Assembly: GCA_963668675.2 (NCBI GenBank)
Contig: CAXXMB010000002.1
Location: 96,001 to 160,000 of the forward strand
DNA length: 64,000 nucleotides
Source of the DNA: an uncultured Desulfatitalea sp.
GTDB lineage: Bacteria > Desulfobacterota > Desulfobacteria > Desulfobacterales > Desulfosarcinaceae
Reading direction: 5' to 3'
Position numbers and translations under genes: made by a program. Shown piece by piece: positions 51,559 to 61,993 of this stretch. Under the pieces are notes generated by a model that saw only the letters and a list, made by a program, of their open reading frames with translations, was not told the origin of the DNA and did no database searches. Within the stretch, counting starts at the first letter, position 1. The number at the start of each line of letters is the position of its first letter.

Positions 51559-52077
51559 TCAGTGGGGTGTTTCAAAACTGTCCATAAACATCTCCCCGCT
51601 ATCCGGATCCCCGGGCTTCACATCAGGGTGGCTATTGATAATGCGAGCACATGAGTTCCATCTGAGCACCGCATCCTGATTGTCCGGATCACAGCCTTTC
51701 AAGGCCAGATCATAGGATTCCAGCGCCTTGGCAAACCAGCTGTAGGCCACTGCACCTGAGCCCGGTCCCCCGTGTCTCAGATGCGCTTTGGCCCGTCGCT
51801 CGTAAATGATACCCGCGTAATACGCTTTGCAATAGGCATCGTTGAGCCGCTCTGCAGTCTCGAGCGCCTTTTGGTAAGAGGGGTTCACTTCATTGGTGAA
51901 ATTGTCCGTCAGGGCCAGCAGCAATGTGATCAGTGCCTCCTGATGATCGGGCACCACCGTCAGGATATCCAGACAGATGCTTTCAGTTTCATGGGGCTCA
52001 TTGAGCAGACGATAGCGTTTCGCCAATTCAAGGGCTGAAGGAACAGATTCTGGTGAAAGGGATTTAAGATCGACCAT
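51559..52077 (-). CDS. Hypothetical all-helical (TPR-like) protein, 172 aa
   Basis: Strong RBS AAGGAGG before ATG 52077; helical-repeat character (AYYAGIIYERRAKA, WFAKALESYDLAL). Function not recognised. Confidence 0.75.
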   Translation of the reverse strand: MVDLKSLSPESVPSALELAKRYRLLNEPHETESICLDILTVVPDHQEALITLLLALTDNFTNEVNPSYQKALETAERLNDAYCKAYYAGIIYERRAKAHLRHGGPGSGAVAYSWFAKALESYDLALKGCDPDNQDAVLRWNSCARIINSHPDVKPGDPDSGEMFMDSFETPH

Positions 52078-52232
52078 AACCGCCTCCTTTCCAGGCCACC
52101 TTCCGGTGGCCATGACTTTGGATTTCGCTTAATGCTAAGCAGCATCCCCTGCAATGCAAGCTAAGGAAACGGTGTGAGGCCTATCGCATAATCGCCGTTC
52201 GAAATCGCACACCGGAATATCGACGTTTCGGT

Positions 52233-53753
52233 TTAGTTTCCGCCGTATTCATCTTTTACTTTTTCGCGATCGATTTTGCCTTCCTTTGTCTTTGATAGCT
52301 CTTTTACAAATATCACCTGTTTTGGTTTTTTGTAACGGGCAATACGGGCCGCCACCCAATCGATCACTTCCTGCGCCTCAACCTTTGCACCTGGTCGGCG
52401 CACGCATATGGCCTTGATAGCTTCACGCCATTGGCTGTCGGGCACACCGATGACACAAACCTCCTCGATCCCCACATGGCTGAGAATCGCTTTTTCCACC
52501 TCTGCGGGGTACACATTTTCTCCACCTGGCTTGATCAGCTCCTTTTCCGCCTTGCGTTTGATGTACCAGAGATATCCCTGTTCGTCGAACCGGCCCAGAT
52601 CTCCGGTATGGTGCCATCCGTTTCTAAATGCGTATTTCGTTTCGGATTCCAGCCCCCAATACCCGAGAAAAACAGCCGGCGACCGGACACAGATTTCGCC
52701 GACCTGGCCTGTGGGGACCTCTCGGTCGCTGTCATCAAAAATGGCCACGCGGCTGAGCAAAGACGGCCTTCCTGCGCTACCAGGCCGCTCAGCGGCGTTG
52801 CAGTTCGTTATCGCCATGGCTTCAGTTTGACCGAAAGCGCTGTAAAAAACGGCATTAGGCGCTGCCTGAAGAAACTTGAGGATGCTCTCCGGGTCTTCCA
52901 GGCCACCGATGCATAACACGCTGCTCAGGTCCGCCGGTTTCTCACCGTGCTTCTCGAGCAGCATTTTGAGCATTGGCGCAAAACATCCGAACACACTGAC
53001 GCGCTCGCGTTCGATCAACCTCAATGCTTCCGCAGCGTCGAAGCGCTCGGCTATAACATTTTTCCCTGCCTGTTGCATGACCGCCATTGCCATGGACAAA
53101 GCGCTGATATGAAAAAGCGGCAAGACACACAGATGACTGGCCTCGCCGCTGATCCCGTTTCCAGAAATGATCTGCAGATTCACGGCCATTATGTTGGCAT
53201 GGCTGAGAAGCGCTCCGCGCGGTCGGCCTTCGACAGCCGCCGTGTGGATGATGACGAAGCCGGCATCGGATGGGACGTCGAAAACCTCATCGGCACCATC
53301 GTCACAAAAAAGATCTTCGAAGGACAACACACCTTCCAAATCTGGGCTAAAAGGCATGCTGTACACGGCCTGGACGGATGCCACCGCCGAAGCCGCAGCT
53401 ACCGTGGCAGCCAGATACTCTGCTCCCGCGACAACCACTTTTGGCGTACAATCCTCCAAGACCCCCTTGATTTCTTCCTGTTGGAAACGCCAGTTCACCG
53501 GGACCATAATGGCTCCGATTTTGGCGGCAGCACCATACAGAATCAAAAAATTGTCGGAATTGTTTGCCACGACTGCGAAGCGATCCCCCTGTGCGAGGCC
53601 CGCCTTTGACAACCCTGCAGCACATCGATCGCAAGCCCGTTTATAATCGCAGTAATTAAGACAATTGTCACCGAAAACGATCGCTGTTCGATCGGGATAG
53701 AGCAACGCATTTCGACATATCATATCGTAAATCGTGAAATCATGGAGCCCCAT
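52233..53753 (-). CDS. AMP-binding acyl-CoA ligase with divergent P-loop
   Basis: IIHTAAVEGRPRG in place of YTSGTTGxPKG; FGQTE, WHHTGD and IKPGGENVYP motifs. Start at ATG 53753 (or 53768). Confidence 0.88.
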   Translation of the reverse strand: MGLHDFTIYDMICRNALLYPDRTAIVFGDNCLNYCDYKRACDRCAAGLSKAGLAQGDRFAVVANNSDNFLILYGAAAKIGAIMVPVNWRFQQEEIKGVLEDCTPKVVVAGAEYLAATVAAASAVASVQAVYSMPFSPDLEGVLSFEDLFCDDGADEVFDVPSDAGFVIIHTAAVEGRPRGALLSHANIMAVNLQIISGNGISGEASHLCVLPLFHISALSMAMAVMQQAGKNVIAERFDAAEALRLIERERVSVFGCFAPMLKMLLEKHGEKPADLSSVLCIGGLEDPESILKFLQAAPNAVFYSAFGQTEAMAITNCNAAERPGSAGRPSLLSRVAIFDDSDREVPTGQVGEICVRSPAVFLGYWGLESETKYAFRNGWHHTGDLGRFDEQGYLWYIKRKAEKELIKPGGENVYPAEVEKAILSHVGIEEVCVIGVPDSQWREAIKAICVRRPGAKVEAQEVIDWVAARIARYKKPKQVIFVKELSKTKEGKIDREKVKDEYGGN

Positions 53754-53848
53754 TGTGTTCCCTTTCAATCCATTGGCGGGCCATGGCCGGAGCCGGTTTC
53801 AACAACGCTATGATTCCAGCTCCGACCGTGTTTTGTCTTCAGGCTTTA

Positions 53849-55090
53849 TTACTTCCAATCATAAATGGTCAGATCCGGGCAGGGGTATTCGCCGATCACG
53901 TTCTGTTTGTTGTCATTCAACCGAATGAGTACGGCAGTATCCTGCCCGAAACGTTTCTTTGCAGTGAATGTCACCGCCGGCCGCAGCCCCATCATATCGT
54001 AGTCCTTAATCTTTTGCATGGCCTCATAGACGGCCTGGCCGTCGATTTTGTCCGGCCCGACAGTATGCGATGCGATGCGGATGGCTTCGCATGCAATCAG
54101 CGCCATACCCGCCGTCATCGCGTAGCCTTCGGGTGGGAAACCCATTTTGCCTCGATCGTTCTGGTTAAAAATTTCCAAGACCTGAGGGGCCCGTTCGGTC
54201 CATTCGTTGACGGGCCAGATGTTAGACACAATATATGTGTTTCGCGCCAACGGGCCGACCATATCCAGGAGAACTCCCGGTACGATGGCATAACAGAGGC
54301 CGACGTCGATCTGGTCAATCATACTCAGCTTTTCCATCTCCTTAAGGACCACCGCATACGCATTCTGGTACATCCCTCCGAAGGTGAAGTCGACCCCCTT
54401 TTCTTTCAAACGAAGCAGCTGCGCACTGACATCAGTGGGGACATAGGGGATAAATTCCTCACCTACGATTTCAACCCCCTTGGATTCTATGTAGGCTCTG
54501 GTCTTCGGTGTGATCGAAGCACGTCCATAAGCCACCTCCCAAGTCAGCCAGGCGAAACGCGGTTTTCGTTTGAGATTTTTCTTGGGCCAGATATTTTTCA
54601 GGTAGTAATCCACCCACAACCCCAGTTCGTTGACATAGGGAGAGGTCGGCGAAAAGGTCCACGACGGCAATTTGGTCAATTCGTCGTCGCTGCCCCCTTC
54701 GACATTGACTATTTCTTTCTTGATGTTCCATTTCTTTAACGCAAGGGCCACTCCGGTGGACTGCCCGACCATCGCTACGATTTTTTTATCACCACTGGCC
54801 ATTTGCTTGAAGGCGGTCATCGATTTTGCAGCGTCGGAACCGCCGTCTTTCCACACAGGCACCACTTCAACCCCATTAAAGTCCATGTATTTGTTAGCAA
54901 GTTCAACGCCATCTAAAAAGCCCGGATTGTTGGCGACCTGTGTGCCGCCGTATGGACCGGTAATATGGACCAGATGACCAACGTACACTTTCTTTTTATC
55001 GGCATGCCCCACCCCCCACACGCCCAAGATGAAAAACAATATCGACAACAATACACAAGCCCTTTTGCCTATTTTTCTTTCCCCGTTCAT
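53849..55090 (-). CDS. Liv-type ABC transporter substrate-binding protein
   Basis: Signal peptide, LVHITGPYG and PTDVSAQLLRL motifs; lies in the ABC operon. Start at ATG 55090 with AAGGAGG RBS. Confidence 0.88.
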   Translation of the reverse strand: MNGERKIGKRACVLLSILFFILGVWGVGHADKKKVYVGHLVHITGPYGGTQVANNPGFLDGVELANKYMDFNGVEVVPVWKDGGSDAAKSMTAFKQMASGDKKIVAMVGQSTGVALALKKWNIKKEIVNVEGGSDDELTKLPSWTFSPTSPYVNELGLWVDYYLKNIWPKKNLKRKPRFAWLTWEVAYGRASITPKTRAYIESKGVEIVGEEFIPYVPTDVSAQLLRLKEKGVDFTFGGMYQNAYAVVLKEMEKLSMIDQIDVGLCYAIVPGVLLDMVGPLARNTYIVSNIWPVNEWTERAPQVLEIFNQNDRGKMGFPPEGYAMTAGMALIACEAIRIASHTVGPDKIDGQAVYEAMQKIKDYDMMGLRPAVTFTAKKRFGQDTAVLIRLNDNKQNVIGEYPCPDLTIYDWK

Positions 55091-55169
55091 TGAACCCTCC
55101 TTTTTTAATTCGTGCCGGCAGTATGAATCACCGAGCGCCTGACTGAAAACAAAACACACACCCCATTTT

Positions 55170-55964
55170 CTACCCCAACCAACGTTTGCGACGTTTGTAA
55201 TGCTTCACATCGCGATAATTTTTTTTCTTACCCACGCCTGAAAGGCCTAAATAGAATTCGCGTATATCCTCGTTTGCTTTAATTTTCTCGGCGGTACCGT
55301 CCAGGACGATACGCCCGTTCTCCATAACGTAGGCATAGTCGGAAACCGACAGCGCAATATTGGCGTTTTGCTCGACCAGCAGGATGGATAGATTTTCTTC
55401 CTGGTTGATCGCTTTGATGATTTCAAAAATTTCATTGACCATCAATGGTGCCAGCCCCAGAGAAGGCTCATCTAGCATGATCAATCGTGGCCGTGCCATG
55501 AGGCTTCTGCCGATGACCAGCATCTGCTGCTCGCCTCCGGACAGATAACCGCTGACGGCCTTACGTTTCTCATTCAAGCGAGGGAAATATTCATAAATCT
55601 GTTTGATGCGTCTTTTGACATCCATGTGGTCTTTATTAAGATAGCCTCCCAGGAGGAGGTTCTCCTCCACATCCAGGTGTTCATAAAGCCGACGTCCTTC
55701 AATCACCTGTCGGATACCTTTGCCGGCAATGTCTTCAGGCCCTTTATTGTCGATACGTTGACCGTCGTAATCGATCCGGCCATGGGTGACTTCACCCAGC
55801 TCACACCCCAGAATCCCTGAAATCGCCTTCAGTGTAGTGCTCTTTCCGGCCCCGTTCGCTCCAAGCAGGCTGACGATTTGTCCGCTCGGCACTGTCATGC
55901 TGACGCCACGAAGAACGAGAATGACTTTGGAATAGATGACTTCGATATTGTTGACTTCCAGCAT
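55170..55964 (-). CDS. Liv-type ABC ATP-binding protein (LivF-like)
   Basis: GANGAGKST, LSGGEQQM and LDEPSLGLAP motifs. Confidence 0.94.
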   Translation of the reverse strand: MLEVNNIEVIYSKVILVLRGVSMTVPSGQIVSLLGANGAGKSTTLKAISGILGCELGEVTHGRIDYDGQRIDNKGPEDIAGKGIRQVIEGRRLYEHLDVEENLLLGGYLNKDHMDVKRRIKQIYEYFPRLNEKRKAVSGYLSGGEQQMLVIGRSLMARPRLIMLDEPSLGLAPLMVNEIFEIIKAINQEENLSILLVEQNANIALSVSDYAYVMENGRIVLDGTAEKIKANEDIREFYLGLSGVGKKKNYRDVKHYKRRKRWLG

Positions 55965-55985
55965 TGTTGCGTTCTCCCTGAATCA

Positions 55986-57047
55986 TTAGTAAGGAAACGG
56001 CCATAGACGGAATGTGGACAGCGTCACCTGCCAACGGTGAAAGAGACCGCGGGGTTCGAAAACCAGAAAAAACAGAATGATGATACCAAAGAAAATCTGG
56101 ACGAACCCGGCGACGGCAGAACCCGCCAGAGCCGGAAAAATCCCGCCCAGCCACGGGGCCATGAAAAGCACGATCTGGTGAAGAAGTTTGAGGAAGAAAA
56201 CTCCCATGATAGCTCCGGTAATGGACGCACCGCCAATGATCAGCATGCCCAACATCCATATAGAGTCCATCAGTGTAAATTGCTCTACCGTAATGATGCC
56301 CTGGTAGTGGGCCAGCAATGATCCCGCTATGCCGGCATACAGCGATGAAAGGAAAAACGCCAACACTTTGGTGCGAAACACATTGATCCCCATGAAAGCG
56401 GCCGCCAAATCGTTGTCGCGCACGGCAAGGAATGATCGGCCGGTTCGGGTGCGCATAAGGTTGGTGGTCATAAATACAGCCAGTGCAGCCATGCCCATGG
56501 ACAAGTAATAGAACTTGAACTCATTATCCAAAACAAAACCGAAAAGGGAGATTTCATTGGCCGGCAAGCCTGAGATTCCCCGGGTGACACCACCGCCATG
56601 CAGGATGCCCCACATGATGATGAAATGCGCCGCCAGCGTGGTTACGGCAATATAAAACCCCCTTATCTTGAGCGCCGGGATTGCAACCACGATGCCGAGC
56701 ACCCCCGCGGTCAGCGCCGCACACGGCATTGTCATCCAGAAAGACCAGTCCAAATGGTAGGACAATACGGCACTCGTGTAGGCGCCGGCCGCCATGAAGG
56801 CCGCATGTCCCATACTGATCTGGCCGGCAAAGCCCACAATGATTTGCAGTCCCAGCACGGCAATGATGAAGATGGCGAGGTTGATGGCCACATCAAGCAG
56901 GTAGTTGCCCGCCAGCATGGGAAATACGGCGAAAATAAATATCATAAGGGCGATCAAAAGGATCCAGCGGTATCCGGTCCGCACCAAGGCGCTGTCCTGT
57001 TGGTAGGTTTCATCAAATGTGCCACAGGGTCTTTTTAACATGGTCAC
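55986..57047 (-). CDS. Liv-type ABC permease (LivM-like)
   Basis: GQISMGHAAF, GRSFLAVRDNDLAA and FEPRGL motifs. Confidence 0.93.
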   Translation of the reverse strand: MTMLKRPCGTFDETYQQDSALVRTGYRWILLIALMIFIFAVFPMLAGNYLLDVAINLAIFIIAVLGLQIIVGFAGQISMGHAAFMAAGAYTSAVLSYHLDWSFWMTMPCAALTAGVLGIVVAIPALKIRGFYIAVTTLAAHFIIMWGILHGGGVTRGISGLPANEISLFGFVLDNEFKFYYLSMGMAALAVFMTTNLMRTRTGRSFLAVRDNDLAAAFMGINVFRTKVLAFFLSSLYAGIAGSLLAHYQGIITVEQFTLMDSIWMLGMLIIGGASITGAIMGVFFLKLLHQIVLFMAPWLGGIFPALAGSAVAGFVQIFFGIIILFFLVFEPRGLFHRWQVTLSTFRLWPFPY

Positions 57048-57931
57048 ACCCTCTCTATGCGTGTGTAGCCAAACAGGCCGTAAGGTTTGAACACCAGCGT
57101 CACGAGGAGTACAATGTATGGCGCCACCTCAGAAAAACCGCCGCCGACATATGGATCAAGATAGGCGCTGCCAAACGCCTCCGCCAATCCGATAATCAAA
57201 CCACCGGTCAGCGCTCCCAGGATCGATTCCATCCCCCCCAGAATGACGACCGCCAGAGCCTTCATGCCCAGCCCATTCAAGGACTGGAAACTAACGCCAT
57301 ATAGAGAACTCATCAGTATACCGCCGACCGCCGCGACCAGAATCGCAACGAACCATGAGACGACAAAGATGAAATTGACGCGAATGCCTTCACTCTGGGC
57401 CAGGGTATGATCTTCCGCCGTGCCTCGCATGGCCAATCCAATTCTCGTTTTCTGGAAGAAAAGCACAAACACTAAAAAACAGGCAACGCAGACCGTGAAA
57501 TTGAGAATGGATTCCGATGAGAGCACCACCGGTCCCAAGTGTATGCGTGTCGCGGACACAATGTCAGGCAGCAGCCGGCCTGGCCCGGGCCAGAAGAGCA
57601 CGGCCGCACCGCTGAACAATTCTCCAAGGGCGATGGTCGCCATAACGGCGGCCATGAGTGGCTGGCCCGTCAGTGGTTGCAACACCAGACGCTGGATGAG
57701 AAATGCGAGCATGCCGATGCAAACCGTCAAAACCGGCAATGCAAGCCAGAAAGGAATTTTCCATGCGACGATCAACTGCCAGAACAGAAAGGCCGACAAC
57801 GCCACGAGAGGACCATGGGCGAAATTGAAAATGGAGGAAGATTTGTAGATAATGACAATGGCCAGGGCCATGAGTGCATACACCCCCCCAGTTAAAATGC
57901 CATTGATGAGCATTTGTGTGAAGAAAGCCAT
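57044..57931 (-). CDS. Liv-type ABC permease (LivH-like)
   Basis: GGVYALMAL, FNFAHG, GLAMRG and KPYGLFG motifs. Confidence 0.93.
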   Translation of the reverse strand: MAFFTQMLINGILTGGVYALMALAIVIIYKSSSIFNFAHGPLVALSAFLFWQLIVAWKIPFWLALPVLTVCIGMLAFLIQRLVLQPLTGQPLMAAVMATIALGELFSGAAVLFWPGPGRLLPDIVSATRIHLGPVVLSSESILNFTVCVACFLVFVLFFQKTRIGLAMRGTAEDHTLAQSEGIRVNFIFVVSWFVAILVAAVGGILMSSLYGVSFQSLNGLGMKALAVVILGGMESILGALTGGLIIGLAEAFGSAYLDPYVGGGFSEVAPYIVLLVTLVFKPYGLFGYTRIERV

Positions 57932-57933
57932 GA

Positions 57934-59925
57934 TTACTCTCCTGAATGGGTGGTTTTGATCTTCAGTTCCGTTTTCACCGTACCCGTGCGACCGTCGCGG
58001 TACTTCACCTCGGCTTTGATACCGATTTGATCGAGGCCGCCGAAAGCCGCCTCTATCAATTCGCTGTATCGCTGCTCAAGAAAAGCACGTCGAAGTTTGC
58101 GCGTCTTGGTCAACTCCCCCTCGTCCGCATCGAACTCTTTGTGCAGCAAAGTGAACCGGCTGACGCGGGCGCTATGCGGTAGGGTCGCATTCACTCGCAT
58201 CACGTCTTTTTCAACGAGGTCGTACACCTGTGGCCGCTGGCTGAGATCAACGAAGGTGGTATAAGTAATGTGGTTCTTTTCGGCCCACTTGCCCACATTA
58301 TCGAAGTCGATGGTAATGAGCGCGAAGATAAACGGTCGCTCGCTGCCGCCGACGACCAGCACTTCCTTGATATAGGGACTGAATTTGAGGCGGTTTTGAA
58401 TGTAACTTGGCGAATAACGAGAGCCGTCTTTCAGGGATAGCATCTCTTTCATACGGTCGTAGACAATCAGGTGCCCGTCTTCGTCGACAATACCGGCATC
58501 TCCGGTTCGAATCCAGCCGTCCAGTAACATCTCACGGGTTGCCTCGGGCTTTTTATAGTAGCCTGAGAAATGGACGTCGGCACGCAGCAGAATTTCGCCG
58601 GTATCGGTAATTTTAACCTCCACTCCCGGGACGGGAACGCCGCTGGTACCCGGCTTGATCGCTTCCCGGTGGGTGACAGCCGGGTTGATTTCCGTCAAAC
58701 CATAGGCATCCCGTATTTTAACCCCGATGGCTTTGTACCATCTGATCACATCCGGCCCCAAGGCCGACCCGCCTGTCAGGGCATAACGCAGCTTGCTCAA
58801 GCCGAGATAGTCTCGAATGTGTCTCAGGATCAGGGAGTTTGCCAAAAAATAGAGCAGCCGAAGCAATATTGGCGGGCGTTTTCCAATGGATTGCTCATAA
58901 TCAGAGTACTTGTACCCGATAGGCACAGAGAGGTTGTAGAGCATCCTGCGGATAGGACCGGTATCCATCATCTTCATCTGCACCTGGGAAAGAATGCCTT
59001 GCCACTGCATAGGGCTCAACAAGCAGGTGCGGGCTCCGATTTCACGCAGGTTTTCCATTACCGTCTCCGGCTCTTCGGGAAAATTCACATGGGTCTGGTA
59101 GACCACCCACCCGGCGATCATCAGCTGTTCGGAAATCCACGCCGGTGGCACATATGAGAGGTAGTTGTCTTTCGGCGCCGGCGGGGCGACAGCTCCCCAT
59201 CGGATGCTGCCCTTGAGCAGATACTCATGACTTAACATGGCGCCTTTGGGAAGACCGGTTGTCCCGGAAGTATAACAAATGACGGCAATATCAGTACTGG
59301 TTCCGGCCTCCACGGTTTTATCGAAAAAACCGGGGTGTTCCGTTTCAAACTGCTTTCCGAGTTCGATCAGATCTTCGTTCTCCATTAGCCAGGGATCATC
59401 CTTGTATCGCACCATGCCCTGGGTATCCCAGTAGATGATCTTTCGAACCTTTTCTATACGTGACTTGATTTCCAGAAATTTGTCGGTCTGCTCCTGGTCC
59501 TTGGAAAAAATGAAGACGCTGTCCGAGTCGCAGACCAGGTATTCCAGATCGGACGGCATGGCATCGATGTACAGCCCGACAACCGCCGCCCCCATAGCTT
59601 GCACCGCGATTTCGGCCCAATACCATTCAGGGTCGTTGTCGCCGATGATGCACACCTTGTCGCCTCGCTGAAGGCCCAGGTGGCAAAGCCCGAGGCTCAT
59701 GTACCTAATTTTTTCAAATACCTGAGCGTTGGATAAACTGTTCCAGATGCCGTAATGTTTTTTACGCATACACAGCCCATCCGGATTGATTTCGCATGTT
59801 TTTTTGAATGTTTTGGGGAGTGTTTCCTGAACGTTTTCAACGCAACGCCGGTAATAATCGGGATCATGCCCGGAGACCGCAAAGGCCGGCAGGCACTCCT
59901 TAAGGAGTGCGCGGGTATCAATCAT
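57934..59925 (-). CDS. Long-chain acyl-CoA synthetase embedded in the ABC operon
   Basis: YTSGTTGLPKG, AYGLTE, IRTGDAG and GELTKTRKLRR motifs. Confidence 0.92.
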   Translation of the reverse strand: MIDTRALLKECLPAFAVSGHDPDYYRRCVENVQETLPKTFKKTCEINPDGLCMRKKHYGIWNSLSNAQVFEKIRYMSLGLCHLGLQRGDKVCIIGDNDPEWYWAEIAVQAMGAAVVGLYIDAMPSDLEYLVCDSDSVFIFSKDQEQTDKFLEIKSRIEKVRKIIYWDTQGMVRYKDDPWLMENEDLIELGKQFETEHPGFFDKTVEAGTSTDIAVICYTSGTTGLPKGAMLSHEYLLKGSIRWGAVAPPAPKDNYLSYVPPAWISEQLMIAGWVVYQTHVNFPEEPETVMENLREIGARTCLLSPMQWQGILSQVQMKMMDTGPIRRMLYNLSVPIGYKYSDYEQSIGKRPPILLRLLYFLANSLILRHIRDYLGLSKLRYALTGGSALGPDVIRWYKAIGVKIRDAYGLTEINPAVTHREAIKPGTSGVPVPGVEVKITDTGEILLRADVHFSGYYKKPEATREMLLDGWIRTGDAGIVDEDGHLIVYDRMKEMLSLKDGSRYSPSYIQNRLKFSPYIKEVLVVGGSERPFIFALITIDFDNVGKWAEKNHITYTTFVDLSQRPQVYDLVEKDVMRVNATLPHSARVSRFTLLHKEFDADEGELTKTRKLRRAFLEQRYSELIEAAFGGLDQIGIKAEVKYRDGRTGTVKTELKIKTTHSGE

Positions 59926-60770
59926 GACAGACGAGCCTCCTTTAATTTTTCTTTTGCTTTCGAAGGTGCATCAGCCTTTGCCCCGCTGCCCGTGCCAAGA
60001 TACGCGGCCAGCACGGAGGGATCTTTGCTGATTTGATCGGGTGTTCCGTCGGCAATTTTTTTCCCGAAATCCAACACGACGATGTGATCGGCGATGTCCA
60101 TCACCACGCCCATGTCATGCTCAACAAGAATCATGGTGGTCTGACGCTCATCGGACACATCCAGGATAAAACGTGCCATATCCTCTTTTTCCTCCAGATT
60201 CATACCTGCCATGGGTTCGTCGAGAAGGAGCAATTCGGGTTCCATTGCCAGCGCCCTGCCGAAATCCACCCGTTTGCGCAATCCGTATGACAATTCACCC
60301 ACATACGATTTACGAATATGCTCGATTTCCAGAAAATCGATTATCTCTTCCACCTTTTTGCGGTTGGCCATTTCTTCCTTTTTGGCCTTCGACCAGAAGT
60401 AAAGATAGGAGGCCAGCGTTCCGTGGGTAAAACGAAGGTGCATTCCGGTCATAAGATTGTCGAGCGTCGTCATGCCGGCGTAGGTTTGAATCCCCTGGAA
60501 AACCCGCCCGATTCCAAGCTTCGCGATATCGTGGGTCGCCATACCCAACAACTCACGGCCTTTGAAGTGGATCGACCCACCCGATTCTGCTTGATAGAAA
60601 CCGTTTATGCAGTTGAGAAGACATGTTTTGCCGGCCCCGTTGGGGCCGATAATGGCCATGATTTCACCCTCACGGACCTTGAAGTCAACGCCTGACAGGG
60701 AGTCCACCCCTCCGAAGCGCAAACTTATATTGGATGCTTTGAGAAGCACCTTCTTTTCCTTGGCCAGCAT
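59922..60770 (-). CDS. Liv-type ABC ATP-binding protein (LivG-like)
   Basis: RFGG, GPNGAGKT, LDEPMAGMN and VEHDM motifs. Confidence 0.94.
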   Translation of the reverse strand: MLAKEKKVLLKASNISLRFGGVDSLSGVDFKVREGEIMAIIGPNGAGKTCLLNCINGFYQAESGGSIHFKGRELLGMATHDIAKLGIGRVFQGIQTYAGMTTLDNLMTGMHLRFTHGTLASYLYFWSKAKKEEMANRKKVEEIIDFLEIEHIRKSYVGELSYGLRKRVDFGRALAMEPELLLLDEPMAGMNLEEKEDMARFILDVSDERQTTMILVEHDMGVVMDIADHIVVLDFGKKIADGTPDQISKDPSVLAAYLGTGSGAKADAPSKAKEKLKEARLS

Positions 60771-60947
60771 ATTGAAGTTACCCCCGTTTAAATGCCAACA
60801 ATGAAACTTTAATCAATGAATGAAAGTCGGTTTTACCTGTCTGCGTCCCCTAACAACCTTCCATCTGCTAATCGAAGCCTCAATAGAATTTGTCTGTTTT
60901 CGAAACGCTTTAGCCGTTGCCCGCAACTCCGTTCATCCTGACTGTCC

Positions 60948-61703
60948 TTACTCTTTTTTGGTGCGGGTCGGTTTTTTCAAAACCCGTCCTGATTTAACGG
61001 ATGTTATGGTCTGCTTATAATCTTTCCCGGCTGGCGGTCCGTTTTGTGGCTCGACATTGACACTCACCTGAATTCTTCCCTGGTTCGAACGGGCGTCGAT
61101 GCCGCCCATGACCAGGTCAACTACTTCATCGACATAGTCGAGAAGATTTTCGTCGGTCCGGTTCATGAGCTTTCGAGTGGTCAGATGTTCGATCGTGCCC
61201 AGGATCATCGAGCGGATGATATAGGGGCTAAAACCGGAACGGATCTCACCAGTCGCGATGCCCTCCTTGACAACCTCGATCAACGGCCGCAACCGTTTGC
61301 GCAATACCCGATAAGCCTCAGTTTCCATGAAACGGCTGTTCTGCCTGAGGATAAGATAGCTGACGGCTGCATAGTTGGGGTTGGTCTGGTGGATCCACAA
61401 CAGGAGATATATGATGACCCTAAGCTTGTTGACCGTGCCTTTGGCCATCGCCATATGAAAATCAATCAACTCACCCAACTTCCGGGATGTTTCAAGCGGT
61501 ATGGTAAATAAGATCTCTTCTTTGGAGGAAAAATACTCGTAGAGGGTCGGTTCCGTTACACCTGCGCGCTTGGCAATCTCAGCCATTGTGGCCGGGTGGA
61601 ACCCTTTTTGGGCAAAGACGTGTTCCGCGGCGCTGAGAATCTGTTCGCTTCGAGGCCCGGTTTTTCTTGCTTTGGCCAAAAGCACGCTCCTTTGCACCGT
61701 CAT
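60948..61703 (-). CDS. TetR/AcrR family transcriptional regulator
   Basis: ILSAAEHVFAQKGF..TMAEIAKRAGVTEPTLYEYFSSKEEIL HTH. Confidence 0.93.
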   Translation of the reverse strand: MTVQRSVLLAKARKTGPRSEQILSAAEHVFAQKGFHPATMAEIAKRAGVTEPTLYEYFSSKEEILFTIPLETSRKLGELIDFHMAMAKGTVNKLRVIIYLLLWIHQTNPNYAAVSYLILRQNSRFMETEAYRVLRKRLRPLIEVVKEGIATGEIRSGFSPYIIRSMILGTIEHLTTRKLMNRTDENLLDYVDEVVDLVMGGIDARSNQGRIQVSVNVEPQNGPPAGKDYKQTITSVKSGRVLKKPTRTKKE

Positions 61704-61993
61704 GGGTTTAATTGTGTGCTATCGATGACTCACTTTAAATGGTGCCGCCCATTTGTTCGCTATTTCAGAACAGAGGTAAATAATGTGGAACTTTCTGGCA
61801 GTAATAACATTTTGATAAAGTAAATTCTCGGGTAAGTCAATAATCATTTAGCGCTGTTTAAATAATGAATGCCATATTTTATTCATATTAAGATTATATG
61901 AGATAATACTTAGAACCAATCAAAAATCATCCATCTTGAAAAAGTGGGAAAGCACTGCTAATCAGGGGTAGACCATTTATAAGGAGATCGATC

